The translations under genes were made by a program, and so were the position numbers. This document shows, in pieces, positions 1-7,654 of a DNA stretch of 62,749 bases (position 1 is the first letter of the stretch; the number at the start of each line of letters is the position of its first letter). The stretch comes from a virus (lineage: Duplodnaviria; Caudoviricetes): positions 1-62,749 of IMG/VR virus record IMGVR_UViG_3300042346_001094, one strand, 5' to 3'. The notes under the pieces were generated by a model that saw only the letters and a program-made list of their open reading frames with translations, was not told where the DNA came from and did no database searches.

Positions 1-126
1 TTGAGTTTGGCAATTACAGCGGCCTGTACAGCCCGCTGAACGGGGCGCATTTCTACCCGAACAACGTCACTTATGGGTCGTGGCGCATCGCTGGAAGCCG
101 AAACGGATGGCATGGGATTCATTTCG
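1..126 (+). repeat. Terminal direct repeat (circular assembly overlap), copy 1
   Basis: Identical to 62615-62740. Confidence 0.95.
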
Positions 127-929
127 ATTCTGGCTCGACGCTGATGGTGAACAGCAACGTCGTCGGGTTTCATCGCGAAGGTTACGGCTGGCAAATGCGG
201 TGGTCGGCGGGCACGGGTTACATAAGCAAAGGCGACCCCGGTGGCGGCACGGACGCGACCATTCTCGACAGCAGCAACTACAACAGTTACTCACCAACCC
301 TCACCGGCGGCAACGCGTCGGGAAGTTGGAACATTACGGCTGCTCGCGCCACACGCGCCAACGGCAACTTCTACATCGACGACAACTACGGCAACGGCAT
401 CGTTGGCGTGTACTCCTCGTATCGCTACCAAGGCGTGTTCGCCATGGGCGACAGTTACAAGCTGCCTGCCGATGGCACAACCACAGGCAGCCTGTACGGC
501 ATCGCGTGGTCGCATCCAAACGCAGGCGGTATTGCGGGCAACCTTACCGACCACGGGATGCTCATTATCAATAACGGTGGGTTTCGTTGCGCTATCTCGA
601 ACTCGATCGTGGCCAGTGGCAACATCACCGCGTATTCTGATGAGCGGTTAAAGCGCAACTGGCGTTCAATGCCGGATAATTTCGTCGAGCGGCTCGCGCA
701 GGTGCGCAACGGGCTCTACGAGCGTATCGACGACGGTATGGAGCAAGTTGGCGTGTCGGCGCAATCGCTGCAACCGTTGCTGCCGCAGGCGATCCTCAAG
801 GCGAAGGATGAAATGGGCACGTTGTCTGTGTCGTACGGCAACGCCGCGATGGCGTCGGCCGTCGAGCTGGCCAAGGAAATCGTAGCGCTCAAGCGCGAGA
901 TTGAAATACTGAAATCCAAACTTCACTAG
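3..929 (+). CDS. C-terminal part of the long tail fibre starting at 59284, ending in a peptidase S74-type intramolecular chaperone
   Basis: In frame with 59284 across the overlap; TAYSDERLKRN...GVSAQSLQPLLP...LSVSYG plus terminal coiled coil. Confidence 0.85.
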   Translation, partial: EFGNYSGLYSPLNGAHFYPNNVTYGSWRIAGSRNGWHGIHFDSGSTLMVNSNVVGFHREGYGWQMRWSAGTGYISKGDPGGGTDATILDSSNYNSYSPTLTGGNASGSWNITAARATRANGNFYIDDNYGNGIVGVYSSYRYQGVFAMGDSYKLPADGTTTGSLYGIAWSHPNAGGIAGNLTDHGMLIINNGGFRCAISNSIVASGNITAYSDERLKRNWRSMPDNFVERLAQVRNGLYERIDDGMEQVGVSAQSLQPLLPQAILKAKDEMGTLSVSYGNAAMASAVELAKEIVALKREIEILKSKLH

Positions 930-938
930 GAGACTGAC

Positions 939-1337
939 ATGGCAATTACGTATACGTACAAAGTAAACGCCGTTCGCGTACAGAGCGAAAATGGCTTGAG
1001 TGATGTTGTCAAAGAGGTTGATGTGACCGTCACGGGCACGGATGGCGCAGCAACGTTTTCGCTTCCGGCGTCACTGAAAGTGGGCAGCCCAAGCCCAGAG
1101 GACTTCACCGCGTTTGGCGATCTCACCGAAGAGCAGATCTTGGCTTGGCTGGACGCCCCGCCGGTTCCGGGCGTGCCGACGACGCTCGAAGGCATCAAGA
1201 TGCACATTGCATACGTGGTCGCCAAGGAAGCCGAGAGGCTCGCGATGGAGCAGAAGCCGCTTCCGTGGGCACCGGCCCCAACCATTCCGCCTGCCCCAAC
1301 CGTTCCGCCTGCCCCAACCGTTCCGCCTGCGGCCTAA
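939..1337 (+). CDS. Tail-fibre-associated protein with C-terminal PPAPTV repeats
   Basis: SD AGGAGA; directly follows the fibre gene; three 18-bp tandem repeats near 1279-1330. Confidence 0.6.
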   Translation: MAITYTYKVNAVRVQSENGLSDVVKEVDVTVTGTDGAATFSLPASLKVGSPSPEDFTAFGDLTEEQILAWLDAPPVPGVPTTLEGIKMHIAYVVAKEAERLAMEQKPLPWAPAPTIPPAPTVPPAPTVPPAA

Positions 1338-1340
1338 GCA

Positions 1341-1952
1341 ATGCCGACGCCCACAGGCACAATATCGTTGTCGGATGTAAACGTTGAGCTTGGCTACGCT
1401 TCGACGGCTTACATCACGATGAACGACGCCAACGTGCGCACGCTTGCGGGCGTCGGCGGCAGCGGCACGATTATTTCTATGAATGACCTGCGCGGAAAAA
1501 CGTGGCAGGCGCTTTCTGCTTCATTGCCGTACTACGAGCAAGCCGGCGGCTACGATGTAAACCTTCTAGAGTTCGTTTATCGGTCAAGCCCGGCTTACAC
1601 AGAAAGTTATGTAGACATTATTTTGCGCAACGACGGCACCGGCGCTTATCGACACGGCAACTCGTTCCAAGCCACCACCGACTTCACTTCATTCACGTGG
1701 AAAACCGGCACCGGCGGCGTTGGTGACTACTACGCATACGTAACGCTCAGCAGCGGAGCGCTCAACCAAGGAACGACGGGCACGCTTTTGGCGCTTAGTA
1801 CGAATCGATCGTGGCGTGTGCTTGCTTCCGGCAGCTCAATCGGCTCGTATTATGCCGACGCCGCCGGGACTATCAGCATTAGGGATGTGAACAGCAACGT
1901 ACTGGCAAGCCGATCATTCTCGATGTACTGCAACACTGAAATTGGCACCTAG
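1341..1952 (+). CDS. Putative fibre-tip adhesin (gp38-like N-terminus)
   Basis: N-terminal GTISLSDVNVELG...ISMNDLRGK attachment motif followed by a beta-rich domain. Confidence 0.6.
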   Translation: MPTPTGTISLSDVNVELGYASTAYITMNDANVRTLAGVGGSGTIISMNDLRGKTWQALSASLPYYEQAGGYDVNLLEFVYRSSPAYTESYVDIILRNDGTGAYRHGNSFQATTDFTSFTWKTGTGGVGDYYAYVTLSSGALNQGTTGTLLALSTNRSWRVLASGSSIGSYYADAAGTISIRDVNSNVLASRSFSMYCNTEIGT

Positions 1953-2015
1953 CATTGAGCCGCTCAGAAATTTCGGCTAGGTTTTCATGCACTTCAACCC
2001 CACGAGGAAGCGCCC

Positions 2016-2204
2016 ATGTCGCAGGAAATTGAGTTCACACTGAAGATCGACGGAAACGATGCCAACGTGATCATGGCTGGCCTGCTGGAATTGCAGGCGA
2101 AGGTGAGCGTGAACACGATGTTCAAGGTTCGCCAGCAACTGGACGCCCAGATGGCTGCCGCGAACGTGCCGAAGGAACTGGCGCAAGGCGCAGCGGCCGC
2201 CTAA
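2016..2204 (+). CDS. Small hypothetical protein
   Basis: SD GAGGAA; 62 aa. Confidence 0.6.
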   Translation: MSQEIEFTLKIDGNDANVIMAGLLELQAKVSVNTMFKVRQQLDAQMAAANVPKELAQGAAAA

Positions 2205-2241
2205 GTATCAAGGGCGCGACAACCGGAAAGCCATCTGCTGT

Positions 2242-2277
2242 AAATGCACGCAACTGACGTTGCTTCGTGCATTTTCA
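2242..2277 (+). terminator. Hairpin, possible terminator
   Basis: AAATGCACG-CAAC...GTTG-CTT-CGTGCATTTT inverted repeat after the fibre block. Confidence 0.45.
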
Positions 2278-2329
2278 TGCGCTACACAATCCAAGCGCTT
2301 GATCGCGTTGGGCTTTCGAGGAGTGGTCG

Positions 2330-2587
2330 ATGGATCTTTCGGTTGTCGCTGCCTTGGTGGGCATTCTGGGTGCTGGCATTGGAGTTTGGGTTCGCCTCAA
2401 CAACAAGATTGCCAAGCTCGAAACGCAGCATGACCTGCGCGACGGGATTCTGAAGCACTTCGATGCCAGTACCCGCGTCACACGGCTCGAAACACAGCTC
2501 GAACACACTGAGCGTCAGTTCCATCAGATCAACCAAGCGCTGCAGCGCATCGAGTCGAAGCTAGATACCAAGGCGGATCGGGCTTGA
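2330..2587 (+). CDS. Holin-like membrane protein (N-terminal TM helix plus coiled coil)
   Basis: Hydrophobic VVAALVGILGAGIGVWV then LETQLE...IESKLD. Confidence 0.5.
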   Translation: MDLSVVAALVGILGAGIGVWVRLNNKIAKLETQHDLRDGILKHFDASTRVTRLETQLEHTERQFHQINQALQRIESKLDTKADRA

Positions 2588-2593
2588 TGCCTC

Positions 2594-3691
2594 ATGCCAA
2601 CCCCGCCGCTGCCAGACAAGTTCCTCGCTGAGATCGCAGAGATCATCGCCCAGCACGGGGGTAACGTGCGCAAGGCCGCGACTGCAGAAGCAGCGAGCCT
2701 CAATCTGACCATCGGCGGCTTCGAAAGCCGCGCCAAGGTGGCAATGCAAAAAGGCTTTTGGAACCGCGAGCAACTACCGCTTGCCCGCCCCTCACAAGCT
2801 GCTGCCGCACCGAAGATTCCCACCGCTCCGGAGCTGCCGGATGACGACATTCCGACTGCCGACCTCATCCAGATGCTGCAGCGCCGGGTGCAGAAGCGGA
2901 TCGAACACGTTACGGCCAAGCGCTGGCGCAGGTTCGATGTGCCGATCGACGGGCCGTACGCACTGCTGCTGATGGGCGACCCGCACATCGACGACAACGG
3001 GTGCGATTGGAACATCCTCAGCGCGCACTGCGAGCTGGCGGCCCGGAACAAGGGCATCTACGCCTGCAACCTTGGCGACACGACGAACAACTGGGGAGGA
3101 AGGCTTGCCTCTCTGTGGGCTCATCAAGACACGAGCGCACACACCGCCCGGAAGCTCGTGAAGTGGTTTTTCAACGACTCCGGGGTGCCGTGGTTCCTCT
3201 GGCTGATCGGTAACCACGACGCCATGCCGGGCCCGGTGGGCCGGGATGCGCTGGAGCGGTTCAAGCCGCACGGCGTGGTGATGGAGGAATGGGGTGCCCG
3301 TGTCACCCTGCGCTCTCCAAACGGCTCAGAGTTCCGGATGCACCTCGCCCACGACTTCCCCGGCCACAGCCAGTGGAACCCGCTGCACGGGCTCCAGAAG
3401 GCCGCGCTGATGAACGATTGGGCGCACCTGTACGGGGCTGGGCACAAGCACAACTGGATGCTTTCGCAGAACGAGCACGAGCACCGTGGCCAGATCTACT
3501 GGCTGGCGCGTGCGCGGGGGTACAAGGTGCTCGACGACTACGGCGACCGGCTAGGCTACGGCTCGCAGGCGCACGGACACTCGATTCTTGCGGTAGTAGA
3601 TCCGGGCGCGGATGGCCCCGGCCGAATAACGTGCTTTAGTGACCCACAGGAAGGCGCGGAGTTCCTTGCCTTCAAGCGTAGACGCGCTTAA
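2594..3691 (+). CDS. Calcineurin-like metallophosphoesterase
   Basis: GDPH, NLGD, IGNHD, AHDF, GHKH motifs in canonical order. Confidence 0.85.
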   Translation: MPTPPLPDKFLAEIAEIIAQHGGNVRKAATAEAASLNLTIGGFESRAKVAMQKGFWNREQLPLARPSQAAAAPKIPTAPELPDDDIPTADLIQMLQRRVQKRIEHVTAKRWRRFDVPIDGPYALLLMGDPHIDDNGCDWNILSAHCELAARNKGIYACNLGDTTNNWGGRLASLWAHQDTSAHTARKLVKWFFNDSGVPWFLWLIGNHDAMPGPVGRDALERFKPHGVVMEEWGARVTLRSPNGSEFRMHLAHDFPGHSQWNPLHGLQKAALMNDWAHLYGAGHKHNWMLSQNEHEHRGQIYWLARARGYKVLDDYGDRLGYGSQAHGHSILAVVDPGADGPGRITCFSDPQEGAEFLAFKRRRA

Positions 3692-3922
3692 CGCCTCGCG
3701 CCGCCCGGCATCCACGCCGTCGCACAGCGCCTCGATCAACCGGGTGAGGTACACGGGGCGGCCCGTGATCTTCACAATTCGGTTGCACGTTTTGCACATC
3801 GCCCCGGCTTTTGATTCGCAGCCGCAGGACGGACAGTTTTTCCGGCCATTGCTTATCGGCTGACAGCCGATGGCCAGTTCTCGCCAGCGCGGAATCGCCC
3901 GCGCCCGCCAATCATTTGCCAT
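3551..3922 (-). CDS. Hypothetical Zn-ribbon protein
   Basis: MANDWR start overlapping the upstream gene; CPSC...CKTC; overlaps the phosphoesterase 3' end. Confidence 0.4.
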   Translation of the reverse strand: MANDWRARAIPRWRELAIGCQPISNGRKNCPSCGCESKAGAMCKTCNRIVKITGRPVYLTRLIEALCDGVDAGRREALSASTLEGKELRAFLWVTKARYSAGAIRARIYYRKNRVSVRLRAVA

Positions 3923-4223
3923 TAAGCCGGAACGCCTCTGCCATGGCGTTGTTCGCGTACGTGACCGTATCGGCGTCACGGCTCGTGTGGCTGATGAAGG
4001 TGAGGTGCGCCATCATCCGCAGCCACCCCTCATCTGCGCGCAATGCAGCCGCTTCCAGCGTTGCGATGCGTGCTCGCATTGCCTCCATCTCTGAGGCCGC
4101 GCAGCGCGACCCGTGGCGCAGATCCGAAATGATTTCACGCAGCTCCGTGGTGGAAAGCGAGCCTGCAAGACGCTCTTCCATCCACGAGCCCGGCGGTGAC
4201 ACTCGATCAAACACAGCGTTCAT
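3912..4223 (-). CDS. Hypothetical protein
   Basis: Coupled ATGA overlap with 4220-4447. Confidence 0.55.
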   Translation of the reverse strand: MNAVFDRVSPPGSWMEERLAGSLSTTELREIISDLRHGSRCAASEMEAMRARIATLEAAALRADEGWLRMMAHLTFISHTSRDADTVTYANNAMAEAFRLNGK

Positions 4224-4447
4224 CTTCGATGTACCTCTCTAGGTAACTGGCTGAGGTGGTTATCGCGGATCTCATCGAACGAGAGCCCGCGTGCTTTCTC
4301 TTGCTGGCGCATCCATACTTTCATGCGCCACAGCCGCTCCGTAAGCGCATCAGCCCATCGCTGCTGCATCCGGTTCGACAACTGCAAGCGCTGCTTTCTC
4401 GACAACCCTAAACCCCATCCGAATCTCATTGGCTTTCCTCCAGTCAA
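4220..4447 (-). CDS. Hypothetical protein
   Basis: GAGGAAA SD before MRFGWG; downstream of a leftward promoter-like element. Confidence 0.5.
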   Translation of the reverse strand: MTGGKPMRFGWGLGLSRKQRLQLSNRMQQRWADALTERLWRMKVWMRQQEKARGLSFDEIRDNHLSQLPREVHRR

Positions 4448-4466
4448 CTACCGTGTAGGGCGACAA

Positions 4467-4482
4467 TATCATGGCGGTGATA
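4467..4482. promoter_or_regulatory. Palindromic operator TATCA-N6-TGATA
   Basis: TATCATGGCGGTGATA; lies between TTGCAG and TATTGT on the minus strand. Confidence 0.7.
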
Positions 4483-4600
4483 ACCTGCAAACAGATATCG
4501 CCATGCAACCACCAAGCGGACACACGGTTTAGCGTTGTGATTCCAGCGGTTTTGCACTACGGTTCAGTCATCCACAGGCGTATCACCGGAGTGAGAGTGG

Positions 4601-5752
4601 GTGTCCACGCGCATCGGCTCAGCACAACACAATCCGCACCGACGCCTGCCGCCGGAAACGACCCCTGCCCGCGCCATTGTCTATAAGGCGAAGGCTGAGA
4701 GCCTCAGCGCCGCTGAGCAGCTCATCGTTCAGTTGGAGTCGAAGCTAGCGGCCAGCATCCTGCAAGCGCTTCTGGCTCAGAAGGAATCGATCGATCTCGA
4801 TGCGATCGTGGCCGCGCTGCAAACCGGCAACGTGGCCAAGGTTCTGGAGCTGCTGGAGCTGCCCAAGGCGCTCGCTGGGTTCGATGTGATGACGGCCGCC
4901 GTACAGAACGGGGCCAACACCGCAGGAGCCGCCGCAGCCGCCTCCGTGCGCCTCACCGGGGCCAGTTTCGCGTTCAACCAGTTGAATCCGCGCCTCATCA
5001 CGTGGCTGCAGACCTACAACCTTGGGCTGATCCGCCAGATCAACGAGCAGACCAAGGAAGGCGTGCGGGCGGCGCTCATCGACGGCATGAAGGCCGGTGA
5101 GAACCCGAAGGAAGTAGCCCGGCAGGTAAAGGGCATTGTTGGGCTCACCGATCGGCAGGCCAAGGCCGTCGCCAACTACCGCAAGCAGCTCGAAACGTTC
5201 CACCTCAAGCGCTCCGCAGGCTCATTCGGGCTGGGCAACAAGGTGAACCGGGTGAACGGCACGCAGGTGAGCATCCTCGACGCCGATGGCAACAACACCG
5301 ATGGCATCAATGCCCGCCGCCTCCGCGATTACCGATTCGACGGGCAAATGCGCCGCGCCATGGAGACCGGCAAGCCGCTCTCAAAGGCACAGATCGACAA
5401 AATGGTGGCGGCCTACGAGCGCAAGTACCTCGCGTACCGCTCACGCACCATCGCCCGCACCGAAGCCACGCGCACCACGAACATGGGCATACAGGATGCG
5501 TGGCAGCAGGCGATCGACAAGGGCGCGGTGAAAGAGGATCTCACCCGCAAAATGTGGATTGTGGCTCGCGATGAGCGCACGTGCGAAGTGTGCGGCCCGA
5601 TTCCGAAGATGAACCCGAAGAAGGGCATCAAGCACGCACAGAGCTTTGCAACGCCCGATGGCCCCGTCACCCGGCCGCCGATGCACCCCAACTGCCGGTG
5701 CACGATCTTCTACCGCGTGTACGAGCCGCAGCAGCTTGGAGAAGGCCAATGA
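4601..5752 (+). CDS. MuF/SPP1 gp7-like head morphogenesis protein
   Basis: RTIARTE, DERTCEVC, PPMHPNCRC motifs. Confidence 0.85.
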   Translation: MSTRIGSAQHNPHRRLPPETTPARAIVYKAKAESLSAAEQLIVQLESKLAASILQALLAQKESIDLDAIVAALQTGNVAKVLELLELPKALAGFDVMTAAVQNGANTAGAAAAASVRLTGASFAFNQLNPRLITWLQTYNLGLIRQINEQTKEGVRAALIDGMKAGENPKEVARQVKGIVGLTDRQAKAVANYRKQLETFHLKRSAGSFGLGNKVNRVNGTQVSILDADGNNTDGINARRLRDYRFDGQMRRAMETGKPLSKAQIDKMVAAYERKYLAYRSRTIARTEATRTTNMGIQDAWQQAIDKGAVKEDLTRKMWIVARDERTCEVCGPIPKMNPKKGIKHAQSFATPDGPVTRPPMHPNCRCTIFYRVYEPQQLGEGQ

Positions 5753-5979
5753 GCAAGAGCAAATACGTTCCGGTGCAGATCGTGGACGGCATCTGGTATC
5801 GGGTGCGCGGCTACACGCACAGCGAGTGCTGCGATTGCGCTTTGGTGCACAAGGAAGAGTACCGGCTTGTGGATGGTCACCTTGAGTGGCGAGCGAGCCG
5901 CGATGACGCCGCTACCGCACGCCGCCGGGCAGAGCTTGGGATATCCGTCGTGACGAAGCCGCCTAAAAAGCGGACTTGA
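5749..5979 (+). CDS. Small Cys/His protein
   Basis: ATGA overlap; ECCDCALVH. Confidence 0.6.
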   Translation: MSKSKYVPVQIVDGIWYRVRGYTHSECCDCALVHKEEYRLVDGHLEWRASRDDAATARRRAELGISVVTKPPKKRT

Positions 5980-6130
5980 AGAAAGCCGATGCCAATTTCT
6001 GGATTGTTTTTGCCGCCGCTCGAAGCGCGGTGCGCGAGTGCATGGACATGGCCGCATCAGCCATGACCTCCAAGCGCTCGTGCAACGCTTTCAGCTCGCG
6101 GTAGATCTCCAGATCGCTCAGTCGCTGCAT
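5963..6130 (-). CDS. Small helical hypothetical protein
   Basis: MQRLSDLEIYRELKALHERLE...; lone antisense ORF in the head module. Confidence 0.35.
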   Translation of the reverse strand: MQRLSDLEIYRELKALHERLEVMADAAMSMHSRTALRAAAKTIQKLASAFFKSAF

Positions 6131-6145
6131 GGATGTAATCGAACG

Positions 6146-7654
6146 ATGACGCCAGACAAGTACGTTGAACTGCGAGACCGCATTGCGCTGCTGAAGGCGC
6201 GTGTGGCGCTTGTGCTGATGGGTGGCCACAAAGATGGCACGGGCTCGCCCGTGGTGCAAGGCATAGAAAAACTGGTGAGTCGTTGGCCCGCCGGTACGCC
6301 GGGAGCCAAGGGCGGGCAGTTTGCGCCGAAGAGCGTGGGCGGGTTGGCGTCTGCTACCGCTCCAGCAGGTGATGCTGCCCCAGCATCATCGAAGATGCCG
6401 AATTTCTCGCAGTCGTTGGTGCCTATTACCAACGTGAATGCAGCATCCCACAACGCTCGTGTGATGCTGCTGCAGCAACACGCGGAGAAGAAAGACGCCG
6501 ATTCGATTCTGCGGATGAGCTTTGGAACAAACACCTACGGGAAGAAACAGGCGAAGCTCGCCAACGCCGCGCTTGAAGCGATCGGCAGCGAGCACCGCGT
6601 CACGGCTGGGCAGAAGAAGAATGCTCACCCGGCGCTCACTGGCAACACGCCTGCCCCTGCACCCGCACCCGCACCCGCACCCGCGCCTGTGGTGGCCCCT
6701 GCCCCTGTTCCTGCCCCGGCTCCAGCGCCCGCGCCGGTCGCGGAAGCGCCCAAGCATTCGTACAAGAAGGCCAAGAATCTCGATGAGGCGCAGTCTCAGT
6801 TCGAGGCCATGGGCTACCAGATTGCACGCTTGGCGATGTACCACCAATCGGAATCGAGCAAGCTGAAGATTGCTACCGCGCCGCCAGAGAAAAAGGCGCT
6901 GTACGAAAAGTGGTATGGCCCGAAGAAGCAAAAGCAGGTCATCACCGACAAGTCGTTTTTAGAGATCTTGAACACGATCGGGCCCGAAGCCGCACGAGTT
7001 GCCAGCGAGTTCCCAGCGCTTGCGCAGGCCACGCGCATCATGCAGAAGAGCCCCGGCCCCAGAGCGCTTGGCTTCTACGCCTACGCTGACCGTGGCATTT
7101 CGCTGCGCACACCCGGCGGATTCAAGCCGCTGAAGCCTTTGGAGCCGGGAAAGATTCCATGGACGGTGAGCTCCAGCGGGCTTTCTGGCGAAGGCCAGAT
7201 CCTCGACACGTTCCGCCACGAGGCCGCGCACGCACTAGATCTGCGAGAGCATAAGGGCGCATTCACCAAGGCATTGGTTGACGCCGTTGGCGGATCACCG
7301 GCGTTGTCGAACTACATGGGCGCGAACATCAGCAAGTACGGCGCGAGCAAGCCGGTGGAGGCTACCGCTGAGCTTGTGGCGCTGTACACCTCGAAAAACT
7401 ACAAGCCGGGAACAATTACCAAGCCGCTCGAAGATGTGCTGGCGAAATACTTGAAGGGAACCAACGTGAGCAAAGCAGCAGACGCCCAGATCGATCCGGA
7501 CTTCGTATCAATCAGCATTCCGGAGCCGCCAGAAGGCTACGAACTCATCAGCGCCGATGGCATCGATATCAAGTTCCGCGCACCGGACGGCAGCGTTGTG
7601 CAGTACATCGACATGGTGGAAGCCGGGTTCTTTGGCGAAGAGGTTGAAGAATAA
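6146..7654 (+). CDS. Multidomain protein with a zincin (lethal-factor-like) metallopeptidase domain
   Basis: FRHEAAHALD (HExxH) plus ISKYG...VEATAE; PA-repeat linker; N-terminal RWPAG..KGGQFAPK. Confidence 0.7.
   Translation: MTPDKYVELRDRIALLKARVALVLMGGHKDGTGSPVVQGIEKLVSRWPAGTPGAKGGQFAPKSVGGLASATAPAGDAAPASSKMPNFSQSLVPITNVNAASHNARVMLLQQHAEKKDADSILRMSFGTNTYGKKQAKLANAALEAIGSEHRVTAGQKKNAHPALTGNTPAPAPAPAPAPAPVVAPAPVPAPAPAPAPVAEAPKHSYKKAKNLDEAQSQFEAMGYQIARLAMYHQSESSKLKIATAPPEKKALYEKWYGPKKQKQVITDKSFLEILNTIGPEAARVASEFPALAQATRIMQKSPGPRALGFYAYADRGISLRTPGGFKPLKPLEPGKIPWTVSSSGLSGEGQILDTFRHEAAHALDLREHKGAFTKALVDAVGGSPALSNYMGANISKYGASKPVEATAELVALYTSKNYKPGTITKPLEDVLAKYLKGTNVSKAADAQIDPDFVSISIPEPPEGYELISADGIDIKFRAPDGSVVQYIDMVEAGFFGEEVEE

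Noticed and set aside
1-126. Biological direct terminal repeat
   Set aside because: Falls mid-gene with a length typical of an assembler overlap; better explained as circularisation
6648-6740. GCACCC-type microsatellite as a phase-variation tract
   Set aside because: The 6-bp unit preserves frame and encodes a Pro-Ala linker
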